DNA of 64,000 bases from Verrucomicrobiota bacterium (GCA_047947115.1 CP170459.1:2656001-2720000); one strand, 5' to 3'. Shown: positions 40,201 through 50,277, counted from the first letter of the stretch. The notes: generated by a model not told the origin, from the letters alone. A program made the numbers and translations.

Positions 40201-40491
40201 TTATCGTGTGATCTCAAACCCTCTGAGTTCACCGGTCGCCTCTGACCAATGGCATGATTCGTCCCGAATCATGGGGCCGAGCCCCGAATCCCTCACTGCC
40301 TGCATGAACGCTTCCAGTTCTTCCTTTTCACCTTCCATGACCAGTTCAACCTGACCATTGGTCAAATTCCGGACTGTTCCAGTGGCGTCAAACCCCGGAG
40401 CCAGGGATTTTACCGAATATCGGAAACCGACTCCCTGGACGCGTCCGGTATACAGAACTGTTGCCCTGCAAGCATTTGGATCCGTCATCAT
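40201..40491 (-). CDS. acyP: Acylphosphatase
   Basis: GRVQGVGFRY and GTVRNLTNGQVE. Confidence 0.92.
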   Translation of the reverse strand: MMTDPNACRATVLYTGRVQGVGFRYSVKSLAPGFDATGTVRNLTNGQVELVMEGEKEELEAFMQAVRDSGLGPMIRDESCHWSEATGELRGFEITR

Positions 40492-40659
40492 CTTGCCATA
40501 TATTCAGATGGCCATCATCTTACAAAGCTTAACAGCTTCGCCAATTGACCGCAGGAATCAAGCCATATTTACGCCTAATGAGGCAATGATTTTCTTTGAG
40601 AAGTCCAAAATTCCATCTGGAGCAGGTTTTTGTCTCGTTTTCAGCTCAGTCAGCAGGGG

Positions 40660-43569
40660 TTATGATTTCGGCTTTTTGATGTTCTTTCGCTTGGCCGCCA
40701 ACAGACGACTGGCCATGGATCCATCTCCTTCACCGCTTTCACCTGCACCAGCGGGTTGATCGGGTTCCGACTTTGCATCGGTACCCTTTCTGGGTGAATC
40801 TTGCGTATTCGGCTGAAAGAATATGTCCGGCGCCATTGATTCATCTGTTTCAGGCGCAAAAAGATCGCTGCGAGGCGTTGGGGCTGTTTGATTGGATTGC
40901 TTCGAACGGATCGCTTCCTTCCTTTTCAACAGGGCTTCCATGGCTTCGTCATGCTTTGTCTGCTGATGTTTGGAACGCATGAAGAAAATATTCTGACGTA
41001 TCCACATCCATGCCCGTTGCAGTTCTTCCCGTTCAAGCTGGATTCGGCGAATGCCAACATCCAATGGAAAGAGCAGGATGGCCGCCATCAATAAATAGGG
41101 CCATAAGTCTCTGGCTTGGAAGGTCCGCTTGCGGTCACGTGAATATGGATTATCCAGGGGATCCGCTGGATCAACCATCACTCCCTGGGCTTCATCGGCC
41201 ATCCGGGCGAGAAGATGTGTATTCGCCTCGCTGCTCAGATATTCGGGAGAGAAGTTGACGCTGGCTCCCACGACTTGCATGCCTTTGATGTCTCCTGATT
41301 CGTATTCGCTGAGGTTGACCGTGTAGGCCCCGATTTCTCTTGCAGGGAACTTGGCTTCGTATCGACCGGGCGAGGTTTGTTCCAGCCGAACATCCTGGGA
41401 TTCGCCTGTTGGACTGACAACTTTGGCGCGCAAATCGAGGAAATTGCGAAATTGTCCTTCCGCATCAATGGCTTCCACGCTGATCGATCCCACGCCTTTG
41501 TCCACCGCGACTTCAGTGGTGAAATCACTGTTTTCCACCCGTCTCAGGCTCCAGCGTGCGATTTGGGTCCAGAATTGTCGGTATTGACTCCATCCCATCC
41601 ACTCATTGGCCCATTTCGGTCGGGCATCGGAAGTGAAGGCGGCGGCGCGACCCAGTCCATACTGCCAGTGAGCAAAAATGGGATCTCCCTGATCGCTGAC
41701 CAGGGGGACTTCGGCGCGGGGTTTGGCCGAACTGCCCACGTAGCCCAGCAGTTGGGGAATGGCATCTCCGGAAATGCCGCGGATGGGTTCGGTTGAGGCG
41801 GTTAATTCCGGTTTGAAGGGATGTTCGATGATGGCGCTTTTAAGGATAACCGAGGATTCCTTCATGAAGATTTGGGGAAGGTTGCCCGGGTTCTGCACTT
41901 CGTAGAAACGTCCATTGCCGTTCTGGGCGATCCATTTCATGGTGTCCGGTCCTGCATGACCGGCAATGAGGATTGTGCTGACCGTGATCTTGTCCGCAAC
42001 CATGTTCTGCATCAGTGCCTGACTGGGCGCTCCTGGATCGCCATCGCTGAAAATGATCATGTGCTTGATATGGGCGCTGGATTTTTTTAAGGCATCGTAG
42101 CCTTGCTCCACGACGCCCTGAAAGCTCGGCAAATCTCCCTGATTCATGCCCATGATCTGTCGACCCATTTCCATTTTGTCACGGACTGGTGTCAGAGGAA
42201 ATAACCATTTTTCAGAGCCATCCCAGAGAATAATGCCCAGTTCGTCCTGTAGAGCCATGGTATTCATGACACCTACCGCGACCTGCCGTGCGATCTTATT
42301 TCCGCCAGGGAATTCCATGCCGTGCATGACCATGACCAGGGCTCCGTTGGGGAGGACCTTTTTACTGCTGAGTTCCATGTCCAGCGGCAAGGTGGTTTCC
42401 AATGGCGTACCTCGATAACCTCCGGCGGCCAGGGATTGATCGCCCCCGATGCAGACCAGTCCCACTCCGAAATCACGCACCGCACTCTGAAGCAGGCGCA
42501 TCTGGTCCATGCTGAAATCTCCCGCAGCGACATTGCTCAGGAAAATGGCATCGTAGCTTTGCAGTTCGGGAAGTGTTTGGGGTAATCCTGTAGGTGGACG
42601 GGTGATGACTTGAATTTGTGAGCTTTCCAGAGCGGCGATGAGGTTCGAGTCGGCAGCCATGTTTTCGGAGATAAGAAGAAGTCTGGGATCTCCCTGAACG
42701 GTGGTGAATCCAATGGCCCGGTTGTTCTGGGCCACGGAATCTCCTTCTGAAATCAATTGGACATCGTAAGTATAGAATCCGGGTTCTGTCAGCATCTGCG
42801 GTACCGCGAACAGGTTCTTACCGGCTTCGAGCCTGACGGGTTCTTCACCGATCAGCTGGTCATTGATGAACAACCTGAGCGTGGCGTCTTCGGGTTGGTC
42901 GGCCGTGGCGAAAATCTTGGCATCAAACGCGGTTCCTTCTTTCAACAAAGTTGGAACGCCGATGCGTTGAACCGAGACATCCTGACCTCGCTGGGTGCCC
43001 ATGGGGTAGACATCCAGACTGACATCCAGGGGAAGCGAGCTTCTTAATGCAGGGAGGGCGTCTCCAAGGTTTTCGTTGCCATCGGTCAGCAGCACAATGC
43101 GTTTCTGTCCAGTCTCCGGAAAAGCTGCGGTTGCCAGTCGAATGGCGGCTCCGATGTCGGTTCTGGATTCGTCGATGACCGATTGCACGGCGGGAAGTTC
43201 GTTACGTTCCAATACCGGTAGTTCCAATGCTGCTTCCCCCCCAAACACCACCACGCCCGCCTTGTCGACCGACTCTTTCATCTCCAGCGTGCGTTGGACG
43301 TATTGAACGGCGTTTTCTTTTTGTGTGGCAGGTATGCTTTCGGAACGATCCAGCAGGTAGATCACGTTCATCCCTTCCAACGGTCGCAACCACTGCAGCC
43401 CCGCCAATGCGAGTAGGACGCTCAGGGTGATGATCAGGCGAATGAACAGTACGGACCAACGGCGCCAGGGACCGATCTGCACATCCGAGTGACGTGCCCA
43501 GTACACCACCCAGGGCAACGCCACAAGGGCGCATGCCAGGAACCACGGATGTGTGAACTGAAAACTCAT
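40660..43569 (-). CDS. Membrane protein with two VWA domains and a glutamine amidotransferase-like domain
   Basis: BatA-like N-terminus, LLDRSES (MIDAS), LLTDGNEN, IGGDQSLAAGGY, IFSDG, WQYGLGRAAAFTSD, C-terminal TM. Confidence 0.85.
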   Translation of the reverse strand: MSFQFTHPWFLACALVALPWVVYWARHSDVQIGPWRRWSVLFIRLIITLSVLLALAGLQWLRPLEGMNVIYLLDRSESIPATQKENAVQYVQRTLEMKESVDKAGVVVFGGEAALELPVLERNELPAVQSVIDESRTDIGAAIRLATAAFPETGQKRIVLLTDGNENLGDALPALRSSLPLDVSLDVYPMGTQRGQDVSVQRIGVPTLLKEGTAFDAKIFATADQPEDATLRLFINDQLIGEEPVRLEAGKNLFAVPQMLTEPGFYTYDVQLISEGDSVAQNNRAIGFTTVQGDPRLLLISENMAADSNLIAALESSQIQVITRPPTGLPQTLPELQSYDAIFLSNVAAGDFSMDQMRLLQSAVRDFGVGLVCIGGDQSLAAGGYRGTPLETTLPLDMELSSKKVLPNGALVMVMHGMEFPGGNKIARQVAVGVMNTMALQDELGIILWDGSEKWLFPLTPVRDKMEMGRQIMGMNQGDLPSFQGVVEQGYDALKKSSAHIKHMIIFSDGDPGAPSQALMQNMVADKITVSTILIAGHAGPDTMKWIAQNGNGRFYEVQNPGNLPQIFMKESSVILKSAIIEHPFKPELTASTEPIRGISGDAIPQLLGYVGSSAKPRAEVPLVSDQGDPIFAHWQYGLGRAAAFTSDARPKWANEWMGWSQYRQFWTQIARWSLRRVENSDFTTEVAVDKGVGSISVEAIDAEGQFRNFLDLRAKVVSPTGESQDVRLEQTSPGRYEAKFPAREIGAYTVNLSEYESGDIKGMQVVGASVNFSPEYLSSEANTHLLARMADEAQGVMVDPADPLDNPYSRDRKRTFQARDLWPYLLMAAILLFPLDVGIRRIQLEREELQRAWMWIRQNIFFMRSKHQQTKHDEAMEALLKRKEAIRSKQSNQTAPTPRSDLFAPETDESMAPDIFFQPNTQDSPRKGTDAKSEPDQPAGAGESGEGDGSMASRLLAAKRKNIKKPKS

Positions 43570-45929
43570 TTGCCTGTTGCCTTGTTAAAAGTCAGATCGC
43601 GACGGCGCACCCACTTTTGAACCCGATGATTGGCGGCATCCGCGATGTACAGATTGCCCTTCGAGTCCAGCGCAATGGACCACGGGTTGTTCAATTGCCC
43701 CGGAGCGTCCCCGGGGCCACCCAGTATTTCGATGCTTTCGTCCTGATGATTGAATACCTGTAACCTGCTGTTGCCGAATTCGCAAACAAAGAGATTGCCT
43801 GCGTCATCGATCGCCAGATCATAGGGATAACTCAGTTCTCCCCGTTCCCGGCCTGCCTGACCTAACGAGCGTTTCCAGTTTCCTGCCGGGTCCAGAACTT
43901 GAATACGGTGATTGCAGGAATCCGCGACGAAAATGTCGTCAGCTGGATTGCAAGCCAGACCTTCCGGACGGTTGAACTGGCCGGGTTGGTTGCCGATGGT
44001 TCCAGTCGAACCCAGGCAAATGGAACCGTCCGCAGTGAACCGCTGGACACGTTCGGCGGCCTGGTATTCGCTGATCACCAGCGTGCCATCGGATTGGAGC
44101 GCGGCTGAACGCGGGAAAGTCAGCAAACCTTCATCCTTTCCATATGCCCCCCATTGACGGATCAACTTGCCTTCGGATGTGAAATGGTTGACGCGCGAGT
44201 AATGAGGTTCCACCACGACAATGTTGCCCTCCGCATCCAGGCACATGCCTTTGGGTTTGCCACGCTCCAGTTCGGGCATTTGCCATTGGAGAACGTAGTT
44301 GCCATCCTGATCAAATTTTTGCACGCGTCCGGTCATGTCGACCACATACAGATAATCCTCTCGATCGACGGTCAGGGACCTCGGCTTGATGAAGAATCCC
44401 GGGCTGCGTCCCTGAGTGCCGATGATGATCGCCTTTTCAAATATGCGTGAATCCAGCAAGGCCTCATTCGGAGTTTTGGTTTCAATGTGATTCGAACACC
44501 CCGCCACGCAACTCGTCAGAATGACTGCCATGGCATGATTCCAGAATTTGGGGACGGATTTGGCAAGGTGGCAGCCCTTCGTTATGGCCCACGGCAGGAT
44601 GGCGATCATCAGCAGGAGCAGTGTCATGGCATGCACCTGGCTGTTATGGCCGTAATGAAGAAGGTTAAAAATGCGCAGCGCCAGGGTATCAGCACCTGGA
44701 GGCGTTACGAAAAGCAGCGTGTCCGCATCCCACAAAGAAAAGAGAAACACCAGGTACCATGCCGCTCCCAGCAACCATCCTATTTGTGGCAGGTAAAGAA
44801 TGCGCGCTCTTTGAATGACTGAGGGTGCATCCAGTCCGCCGGCGTCCACCAGGCTCCGATCCAGCATTTGCCTGGCCAAATGCACTCCCAGCCATCCCAA
44901 AGCAGCATACCGCAGCGTCAAAGCGAGGATGGTCATGGACAGGTGGGGACGATGCAAGGGAAACCAGTTTTGCTGGGTCAGACTCAGAAAGATCACACCC
45001 CAGACGCAACCGGGTAATAGAAACAGAAGCCATAGTATCTTTGCTCCTTTCCACCGATGGAGGGCTCCACCAAGGATCAAAGAGAATGTGGCGGTCAAGG
45101 TGCTGAAGATCAGGCTGTTGTTGAAGGCGGATTGTCCCGCCGCAAGGGCTGGTCGCAGATCCGCCCAGGTTTGCTTTGAAAACAGGAGTCCTAGGCAGGG
45201 AAGGACGGTGGCTGTTATGAACCATAATCCCGCTGCTCCCTTGAGCCCCCAGACCCAGTGGGAATCAAAATGCCTTGAGGCTGATAGCTGCGGTTGATCG
45301 TGCCTTCCAAAGGGCCAGCGGATGGAATCGGTTTTCAAGCATAACAAGACCACGGAAGAACTACCGATGAGCCACAGGATGCTGGATTGGATTTCTCGCC
45401 ATTCCAAGGTGGCGCTGAAGGTGACGAACAGGTCGGCTGTCCAGGTTTTGATCTGCAGGAGGGATGGTACGTTGAATTGATTCAAGGTCAGAGCGACCAC
45501 CACCAACATTCCGCCGATCAGCGCCGGACGTGCTGCCGGCCACAGGAGGTGCCTGCAAAGATTGAAGTTGCGCAATTCTGGCTCGACTTCCAACAGGTGT
45601 GGGTGCATCCGTTCGAGCGTGCCAAGAGCGCATAAAAAGGGAATGGGCCAGTAGAGAAAAGAGCACATCCACACGGCACCGCTCATGCTGTAGAGATTCC
45701 AATCCAGCCAGGGACGCAGCGATCCTGCTTCACCAAATAATCCCATCCAATAAGTCAGAAACATGAACTGGGGCAGGACCAGATTGAGAATGGCTCCCGC
45801 GACGATGACATTGCGAAAAGGTTTTGATGTCAGCCACGCCCCCAGTGCGGTCACACATCCCACGACCAAACTGACCGCACAGACGGCGGTGATCAGGATC
45901 AGTGTTTGTGTGACTAATTGTAGAGACAT
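43566..45929 (-). CDS. FbpB-like ABC permease fused to a C-terminal NHL-repeat beta-propeller
   Basis: About 12 TM segments, PPGADTLALRIFNLLHYG, then about six NHL repeats (GFFIKPRSL, GQFNRPEGL, GELSYPYDL, GQLNNPWSI...YIADAANHRVQ) in one open frame. Confidence 0.85.
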   Translation of the reverse strand: MSLQLVTQTLILITAVCAVSLVVGCVTALGAWLTSKPFRNVIVAGAILNLVLPQFMFLTYWMGLFGEAGSLRPWLDWNLYSMSGAVWMCSFLYWPIPFLCALGTLERMHPHLLEVEPELRNFNLCRHLLWPAARPALIGGMLVVVALTLNQFNVPSLLQIKTWTADLFVTFSATLEWREIQSSILWLIGSSSVVLLCLKTDSIRWPFGRHDQPQLSASRHFDSHWVWGLKGAAGLWFITATVLPCLGLLFSKQTWADLRPALAAGQSAFNNSLIFSTLTATFSLILGGALHRWKGAKILWLLFLLPGCVWGVIFLSLTQQNWFPLHRPHLSMTILALTLRYAALGWLGVHLARQMLDRSLVDAGGLDAPSVIQRARILYLPQIGWLLGAAWYLVFLFSLWDADTLLFVTPPGADTLALRIFNLLHYGHNSQVHAMTLLLLMIAILPWAITKGCHLAKSVPKFWNHAMAVILTSCVAGCSNHIETKTPNEALLDSRIFEKAIIIGTQGRSPGFFIKPRSLTVDREDYLYVVDMTGRVQKFDQDGNYVLQWQMPELERGKPKGMCLDAEGNIVVVEPHYSRVNHFTSEGKLIRQWGAYGKDEGLLTFPRSAALQSDGTLVISEYQAAERVQRFTADGSICLGSTGTIGNQPGQFNRPEGLACNPADDIFVADSCNHRIQVLDPAGNWKRSLGQAGRERGELSYPYDLAIDDAGNLFVCEFGNSRLQVFNHQDESIEILGGPGDAPGQLNNPWSIALDSKGNLYIADAANHRVQKWVRRRDLTFNKATGK

Positions 45930-45930
45930 A

Positions 45931-46908
45931 TCAGCGAATGAACGTTTCCCGCATCCAATGAAAGGTTTCCTTTTCCTCCGCCATGATTTCCGCCCAGTAG
46001 ATGTGAAGGAACTGATCGTCATGGGGTGGTGGCTCCGCGCTGACCAATGCCGAGGCATTGACCATGTCGGACAACACATTGTTGGCCTTGATGAATGTTA
46101 GAAATGCCATGGCCTCCGTAGGGTTGGGCGCGCCGGTTACCATGCCCACCGTGTTCGGGATGGCGCACAGCTCGTTTTTCAGGGGGATGGATGTCAGTGG
46201 CAGTCCTTTTGAAAGTCCCACTGCCAGATCATCCGAATCCGTCAACCCGACGGCGGCCTCACCGGCTCCGACGAGTCGAACCACCATGGAATTACCGTCC
46301 ACAATCTTGACTTCATTCTCGATCATTCTTCGGCACCATGGCTCCCAGACATCGGCTCCCCATTCTTCGCGCAGAGCCAGCATGTGGGTGGCCGTTGTGC
46401 CATACAAGGGGTAGGCCATGACCGCTTTTCCATTCCATTTTGGGAGTGTCAGATCCTTCAGCGAAGCGGGGGCGTTCTCTGACGAAACGAGATTGGTGTT
46501 GAGGATCAGGACGCGCATGCGATAACCGAGTTCCTCGAATCCCTGCACAGCGCCTGCTTCGGCAAGTTTACGAACCGCCAGTGATTCGTTGCTCCAGAAC
46601 AGATCGCAGACCGGATGGGTTTGTTCCGCCAGGATGCGCTTGGCGAGTCCCATGGTCTTTGCGGACTCGCTGTCGAACTGGGCCTTGATTTCGATGCCGG
46701 TGGCCTTGGTGAACTGATTGAAAATCGGTTCCGCATAGACACGATCCTGGGAAGTGTAAACCACCAGACTGCGCGTTGTCTCCTCTGGCTGCGAGGATCC
46801 GCATCCGGTGGCAAAGAGCAGCAGAGCCATCGGCAGAAAGCGGCATGCCAACCAGGGGTCGAGCGGCCAGTAATGGTTTGCTATTTGTCTGTGGAACAGG
46901 AGATTCAC
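45931..46908 (-). CDS. ABC solute-binding lipoprotein (Fe3+/FbpA-FutA-like superfamily)
   Basis: Lipobox FATGC, LVVYTSQD...FTKATGI, DLFWSNE, APASLKDL..PKWNG; start uncertain. Confidence 0.8.
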   Translation of the reverse strand: MNLLFHRQIANHYWPLDPWLACRFLPMALLLFATGCGSSQPEETTRSLVVYTSQDRVYAEPIFNQFTKATGIEIKAQFDSESAKTMGLAKRILAEQTHPVCDLFWSNESLAVRKLAEAGAVQGFEELGYRMRVLILNTNLVSSENAPASLKDLTLPKWNGKAVMAYPLYGTTATHMLALREEWGADVWEPWCRRMIENEVKIVDGNSMVVRLVGAGEAAVGLTDSDDLAVGLSKGLPLTSIPLKNELCAIPNTVGMVTGAPNPTEAMAFLTFIKANNVLSDMVNASALVSAEPPPHDDQFLHIYWAEIMAEEKETFHWMRETFIR

Positions 46909-46909
46909 A

Positions 46910-48751
46910 TCAAGCGGTTCGTTTGTGGTAATACCACCACTCAAACATCAATACGCAAAAAGCGGCGAACAGCAGCCAGCGCCACATCTCAAGGTTGGCC
47001 CTTTGTTGTCCCTCAAGGGCTTTCTGGTTGAAACCACCCAGGTTGAGTTCTGTTCTCGGGCCGTTGTCGCTTTCCGAGGGATCGATCAGATTGGAGGCGA
47101 ACCACACTTCATTGGTTCCGTTCAGCAAGCGATAGATCCCTTGTTTGGAGGTGTCGGCGAAAACGACCTGACTCGAATCCGGCACGGTTTCCAGATGGGT
47201 CGTTTCCCCATTAGGGAGTTTCATCTGCAATACCCCGTTGTCTGCCCCGTCGTCTATCGTTGCCACGAGCGCATCGCCGGTGCGCACATTGACCATGGCC
47301 GCCTGGGTGGTGGATGGATTCAGCCAGTTGACGGCATTGGCGATAAAGATGGGGAAGGAAACGCGCAGAGGCCAGGTGGACTGGAGGGCGTCAAAACCAA
47401 CCCACACCGCACGGATTCCATCGGGTTCGCCTGCAAGAATCAGCGGGGTGGTTGTGGATTCCACCACCGACATCGCCCAGTCCGGTGTCTTCACCCCGAG
47501 TGTTTCGGCGATCTGTACGTCGTCCAATTGAACAAACCTCATCAGGGGATGGGCTGCCTTCCAGTCAACAATGACAGGGGATTCCACTGCGTTGACTTCC
47601 GGAAACCAGTTGGTGGATGTCACATGGATGGCAAGGACGTTGCCTTTTGGCCAGTTCAACGGAATGACATCGTCCAGCACCACCAGATCGGCCTCAGGGG
47701 AGTTTTCGGTGTATTGATCAGCCACGGCGAGTTCAATGTTGCGTGTCGCATTGAGGGCCTTTTCCAGAAAACGATTGCCGCGTGTCACCAGGAGTGTACG
47801 AACGGGCTTGGGTAACAGACTGACTACTGAAGCCTTGTTGTCGATACTCAGATCATCTTCGGCATTGAGTTCCAGCGTGAAGATGCCGTTTTCTTCTTGC
47901 GGAGCGATGAATGCCTGGGAGTCCGTCGCCCCGGGTTCCAGCGCCAAAGGACGCGCCTCAATCACTTGATCTTTCCATCTAAGCTCCACGATGACGTCTT
48001 GTCGATTGGTGGAATAATTCACAATGCCAGCGAAAATGGCACGTGTGGAGGCGTCGTCCGGGTTGGGGCGCACATCCATCGACACTATCCCGACATTGTG
48101 CCCCCGGGATCCGATGGGGTGATAGTGGACATTCAAGTCTTCCGGTTCAAATTCGTTCAGGTCCGATGCCGCCCCGTCACTGAACAGATGCACTTCCGCA
48201 TATTCCTGGTTTTTGGTCAGGGTTTGGGCGAGCTTGAAGGCATCCAGCAGGTAGGTGCTGGTGTCCGAAACCTGAATGGTGTCGATGGCTCGCTTCAGTG
48301 CGTTTTTTTCAGAAGTGGCCGATTGGAGAACCTGGGTTTGACGACCCGCAGCCAGTATCATCATTTGATCGGTGTTTCCCAGAGTGTCGATCAGAGCCTT
48401 GGCACTTTGTTTGGCCACCTCCATGCGGGTGGGGGAAACATCCACCGATTGCATGGATGCCGATGTATCCATGATGACAACGAGCAAACCGCCTTTGGAA
48501 ACTTCACCGGCAAAGAAAGGTCGGCCCAAAGCGATGACCGCCAGGGCCAGCATGAGGAGTTGGAAAATGAGCAGCCAATGATGACGCAATCGTTGAAAAG
48601 GTGCGCTTGCCTGCGTTTCCGCCAGAAATTTCCGCCACAGCATTGAGCTGGCCACGACCTGGACCTTGCGTTTGCGTTTGAGTAGGTAAAACACCACCAC
48701 CACCGGAAGGGTGAGGGCAAACCAGAAGGCGCTAGTGTTGAGGAAATTCAT
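46910..48751 (-). CDS. BatA N-terminal plus VWA domain membrane protein
   Basis: N-terminal FYLLKRKR...SSMLW...LGRP; IMDTSASM (MIDAS), LFSDG; C-terminal TM EWWYYHKR. Confidence 0.88.
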   Translation of the reverse strand: MNFLNTSAFWFALTLPVVVVFYLLKRKRKVQVVASSMLWRKFLAETQASAPFQRLRHHWLLIFQLLMLALAVIALGRPFFAGEVSKGGLLVVIMDTSASMQSVDVSPTRMEVAKQSAKALIDTLGNTDQMMILAAGRQTQVLQSATSEKNALKRAIDTIQVSDTSTYLLDAFKLAQTLTKNQEYAEVHLFSDGAASDLNEFEPEDLNVHYHPIGSRGHNVGIVSMDVRPNPDDASTRAIFAGIVNYSTNRQDVIVELRWKDQVIEARPLALEPGATDSQAFIAPQEENGIFTLELNAEDDLSIDNKASVVSLLPKPVRTLLVTRGNRFLEKALNATRNIELAVADQYTENSPEADLVVLDDVIPLNWPKGNVLAIHVTSTNWFPEVNAVESPVIVDWKAAHPLMRFVQLDDVQIAETLGVKTPDWAMSVVESTTTPLILAGEPDGIRAVWVGFDALQSTWPLRVSFPIFIANAVNWLNPSTTQAAMVNVRTGDALVATIDDGADNGVLQMKLPNGETTHLETVPDSSQVVFADTSKQGIYRLLNGTNEVWFASNLIDPSESDNGPRTELNLGGFNQKALEGQQRANLEMWRWLLFAAFCVLMFEWWYYHKRTA

Positions 48752-48763
48752 ATCGGTCGTGTG

Positions 48764-49660
48764 TTATTTCCAGAGCATGGCCTTTCTCAGGTCGGTCAAC
48801 AACAGTTGGTCCAGGTCGCTGTCGCTGGGTGTCAGGTTGAATCCAATACCTCGCATGCGGCAGAAATTCTTGAATTGTTCGAGGTAGGCGTTGACGGTTT
48901 TCTGATAGGCCTTGAGGCGGTATTTGCCGAAGGTCACCTCCTGGGTGGAACCATTTTCGGAGTCCACCACTTTCAAATCTCCGTAAACATTGGGTTCGAG
49001 TTCTTCGCGAGCAAGGACCATCAGGACCTGGACCTGGAATCCGCGCCCCAGCAAGGCTCTCAATCCTTCTTCATAACCCTCCGGATCCATGAAGTCACTG
49101 ATCACGATGGCCACACCGCTTTGGCTGGCCTGGAGCGCGCCTTTTTTGAGGGCCTCGTTAAGACGGCAGTCTCCACCCGCATTGAGTTGTCCCAGATTCC
49201 GGAAGAATTGCAGCGCCGATTTTTTGCCGCGAACACGTCGCAGTGATTGGCGAATGGCGGTTTCCCCGGTGTTCTCGGGAAACACATCTACTGTTACACG
49301 GTCAAAACCACAAAGGGCGACATAGCCCATGGCGGCGGCCACCTGACGGGCGAAGTCAAACTTGACCGGTTTGCCAAAAGTCATGGATTCGCTGGCGTCC
49401 AGGAAGATGGAGAGGGGCAGTTCCCGCTCTTCCTCGTAAAGCTTCAGGAACAGACGATCCAGGCGTCCAAAAAGGTTCCAGTCGAGATAACGCAGGTCGT
49501 CACCGGCGACATAGTTGCGGTGATCGGCGAATTCCACCGACTGGCCGCGCGCTTTGCTGCGACGTTCGCCTTTGAGTGAACTGCGAACACGCCGACGGGC
49601 GAGCAGTTCCAACTGCTCCAACCGTCTCAGCAAATCGTTCTGAATCAAAGGGCCAGCCAT
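48764..49660 (-). CDS. DUF58 domain protein (MoxR-associated VWA-like)
   Basis: GERRSKARGQSVEFADHRNYVAGDDLRYLDWN, FLDASESM, ISDF. Confidence 0.92.
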   Translation of the reverse strand: MAGPLIQNDLLRRLEQLELLARRRVRSSLKGERRSKARGQSVEFADHRNYVAGDDLRYLDWNLFGRLDRLFLKLYEEERELPLSIFLDASESMTFGKPVKFDFARQVAAAMGYVALCGFDRVTVDVFPENTGETAIRQSLRRVRGKKSALQFFRNLGQLNAGGDCRLNEALKKGALQASQSGVAIVISDFMDPEGYEEGLRALLGRGFQVQVLMVLAREELEPNVYGDLKVVDSENGSTQEVTFGKYRLKAYQKTVNAYLEQFKNFCRMRGIGFNLTPSDSDLDQLLLTDLRKAMLWK

Positions 49661-49856
49661 AAGCGACATCATTCCAATCCGAACCGACCGCAGATGCAAT
49701 CTTTCTTTTGGCGATCCGAAAAGGGAATACCAGGATATACACGAGGGTTCGATCGTTTGTTTCGACCGACTTACAACGAAATATGATCAAAAGAAATCAG
49801 AGAAATCAAAAGTGTCCCCGCTGTGGGGCGCAGATCAAAAAACAGAAGCCCACGAT

Positions 49857-49927
49857 CGGAGGGGTAAGCTCCGCCTTACGCCCACTTCAAACCTCACAGC
49901 ATTGGAACTATTTTCACGCTGCAATGG
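49857..49927 (+). repeat. Dispersed 71-bp intergenic repeat, copy 2
   Basis: CGGAGGGGTAAGCTCCGCCTTACGCCCACTTCAAACCTCA...GCTGCAATGG matches 18920-18990 on the minus strand. Confidence 0.8.
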
Positions 49928-50091
49928 AAACGCACTGTCATTCGACAGATCTCAGTCGCCCCACGTTCCATATGAGGTGTTCAGGACCGCTTTTGAGGGG
50001 GAAGTTTGGGAACTCATCCCTCCTTTGTCTAAATATTGAACTGTGTCCCCCGCTGTGGGGCGCGATTATTTCCACGGGCTAAACCTATCAA

Positions 50092-50178
50092 AACCACAGA
50101 GGGCACAGAGCTCACAGAGAGTTGCAATAAGTTAGTGTAAAAAGTGTCACCTCTGTGCTCTCTGTGTCCTCCGTGGTT
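50092..50178. repeat. Inverted repeat built of 9-bp-period CACAGAG units
   Basis: AACCACAGAGGGCACAGAGCTCACAGAG ... CTCTGTGCTCTCTGTGTCCTCCGTGGTT. Confidence 0.8.
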
Positions 50179-50277
50179 AACAAAAAATCCATTCACCCCG
50201 CACATTTAATCGCACCCCCCGCTGTGTGACTCCTCCTTTGGAACCGGATGTCGGCCACAGACCTGTCCTGGTGCTTC

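Noticed and set aside
46925..48646. Long plus-strand ORFs of 296 and 249 aa (similarly 8481-9353 on the minus strand)
   Set aside because: They are antisense shadows of well-supported genes and have no motifs.
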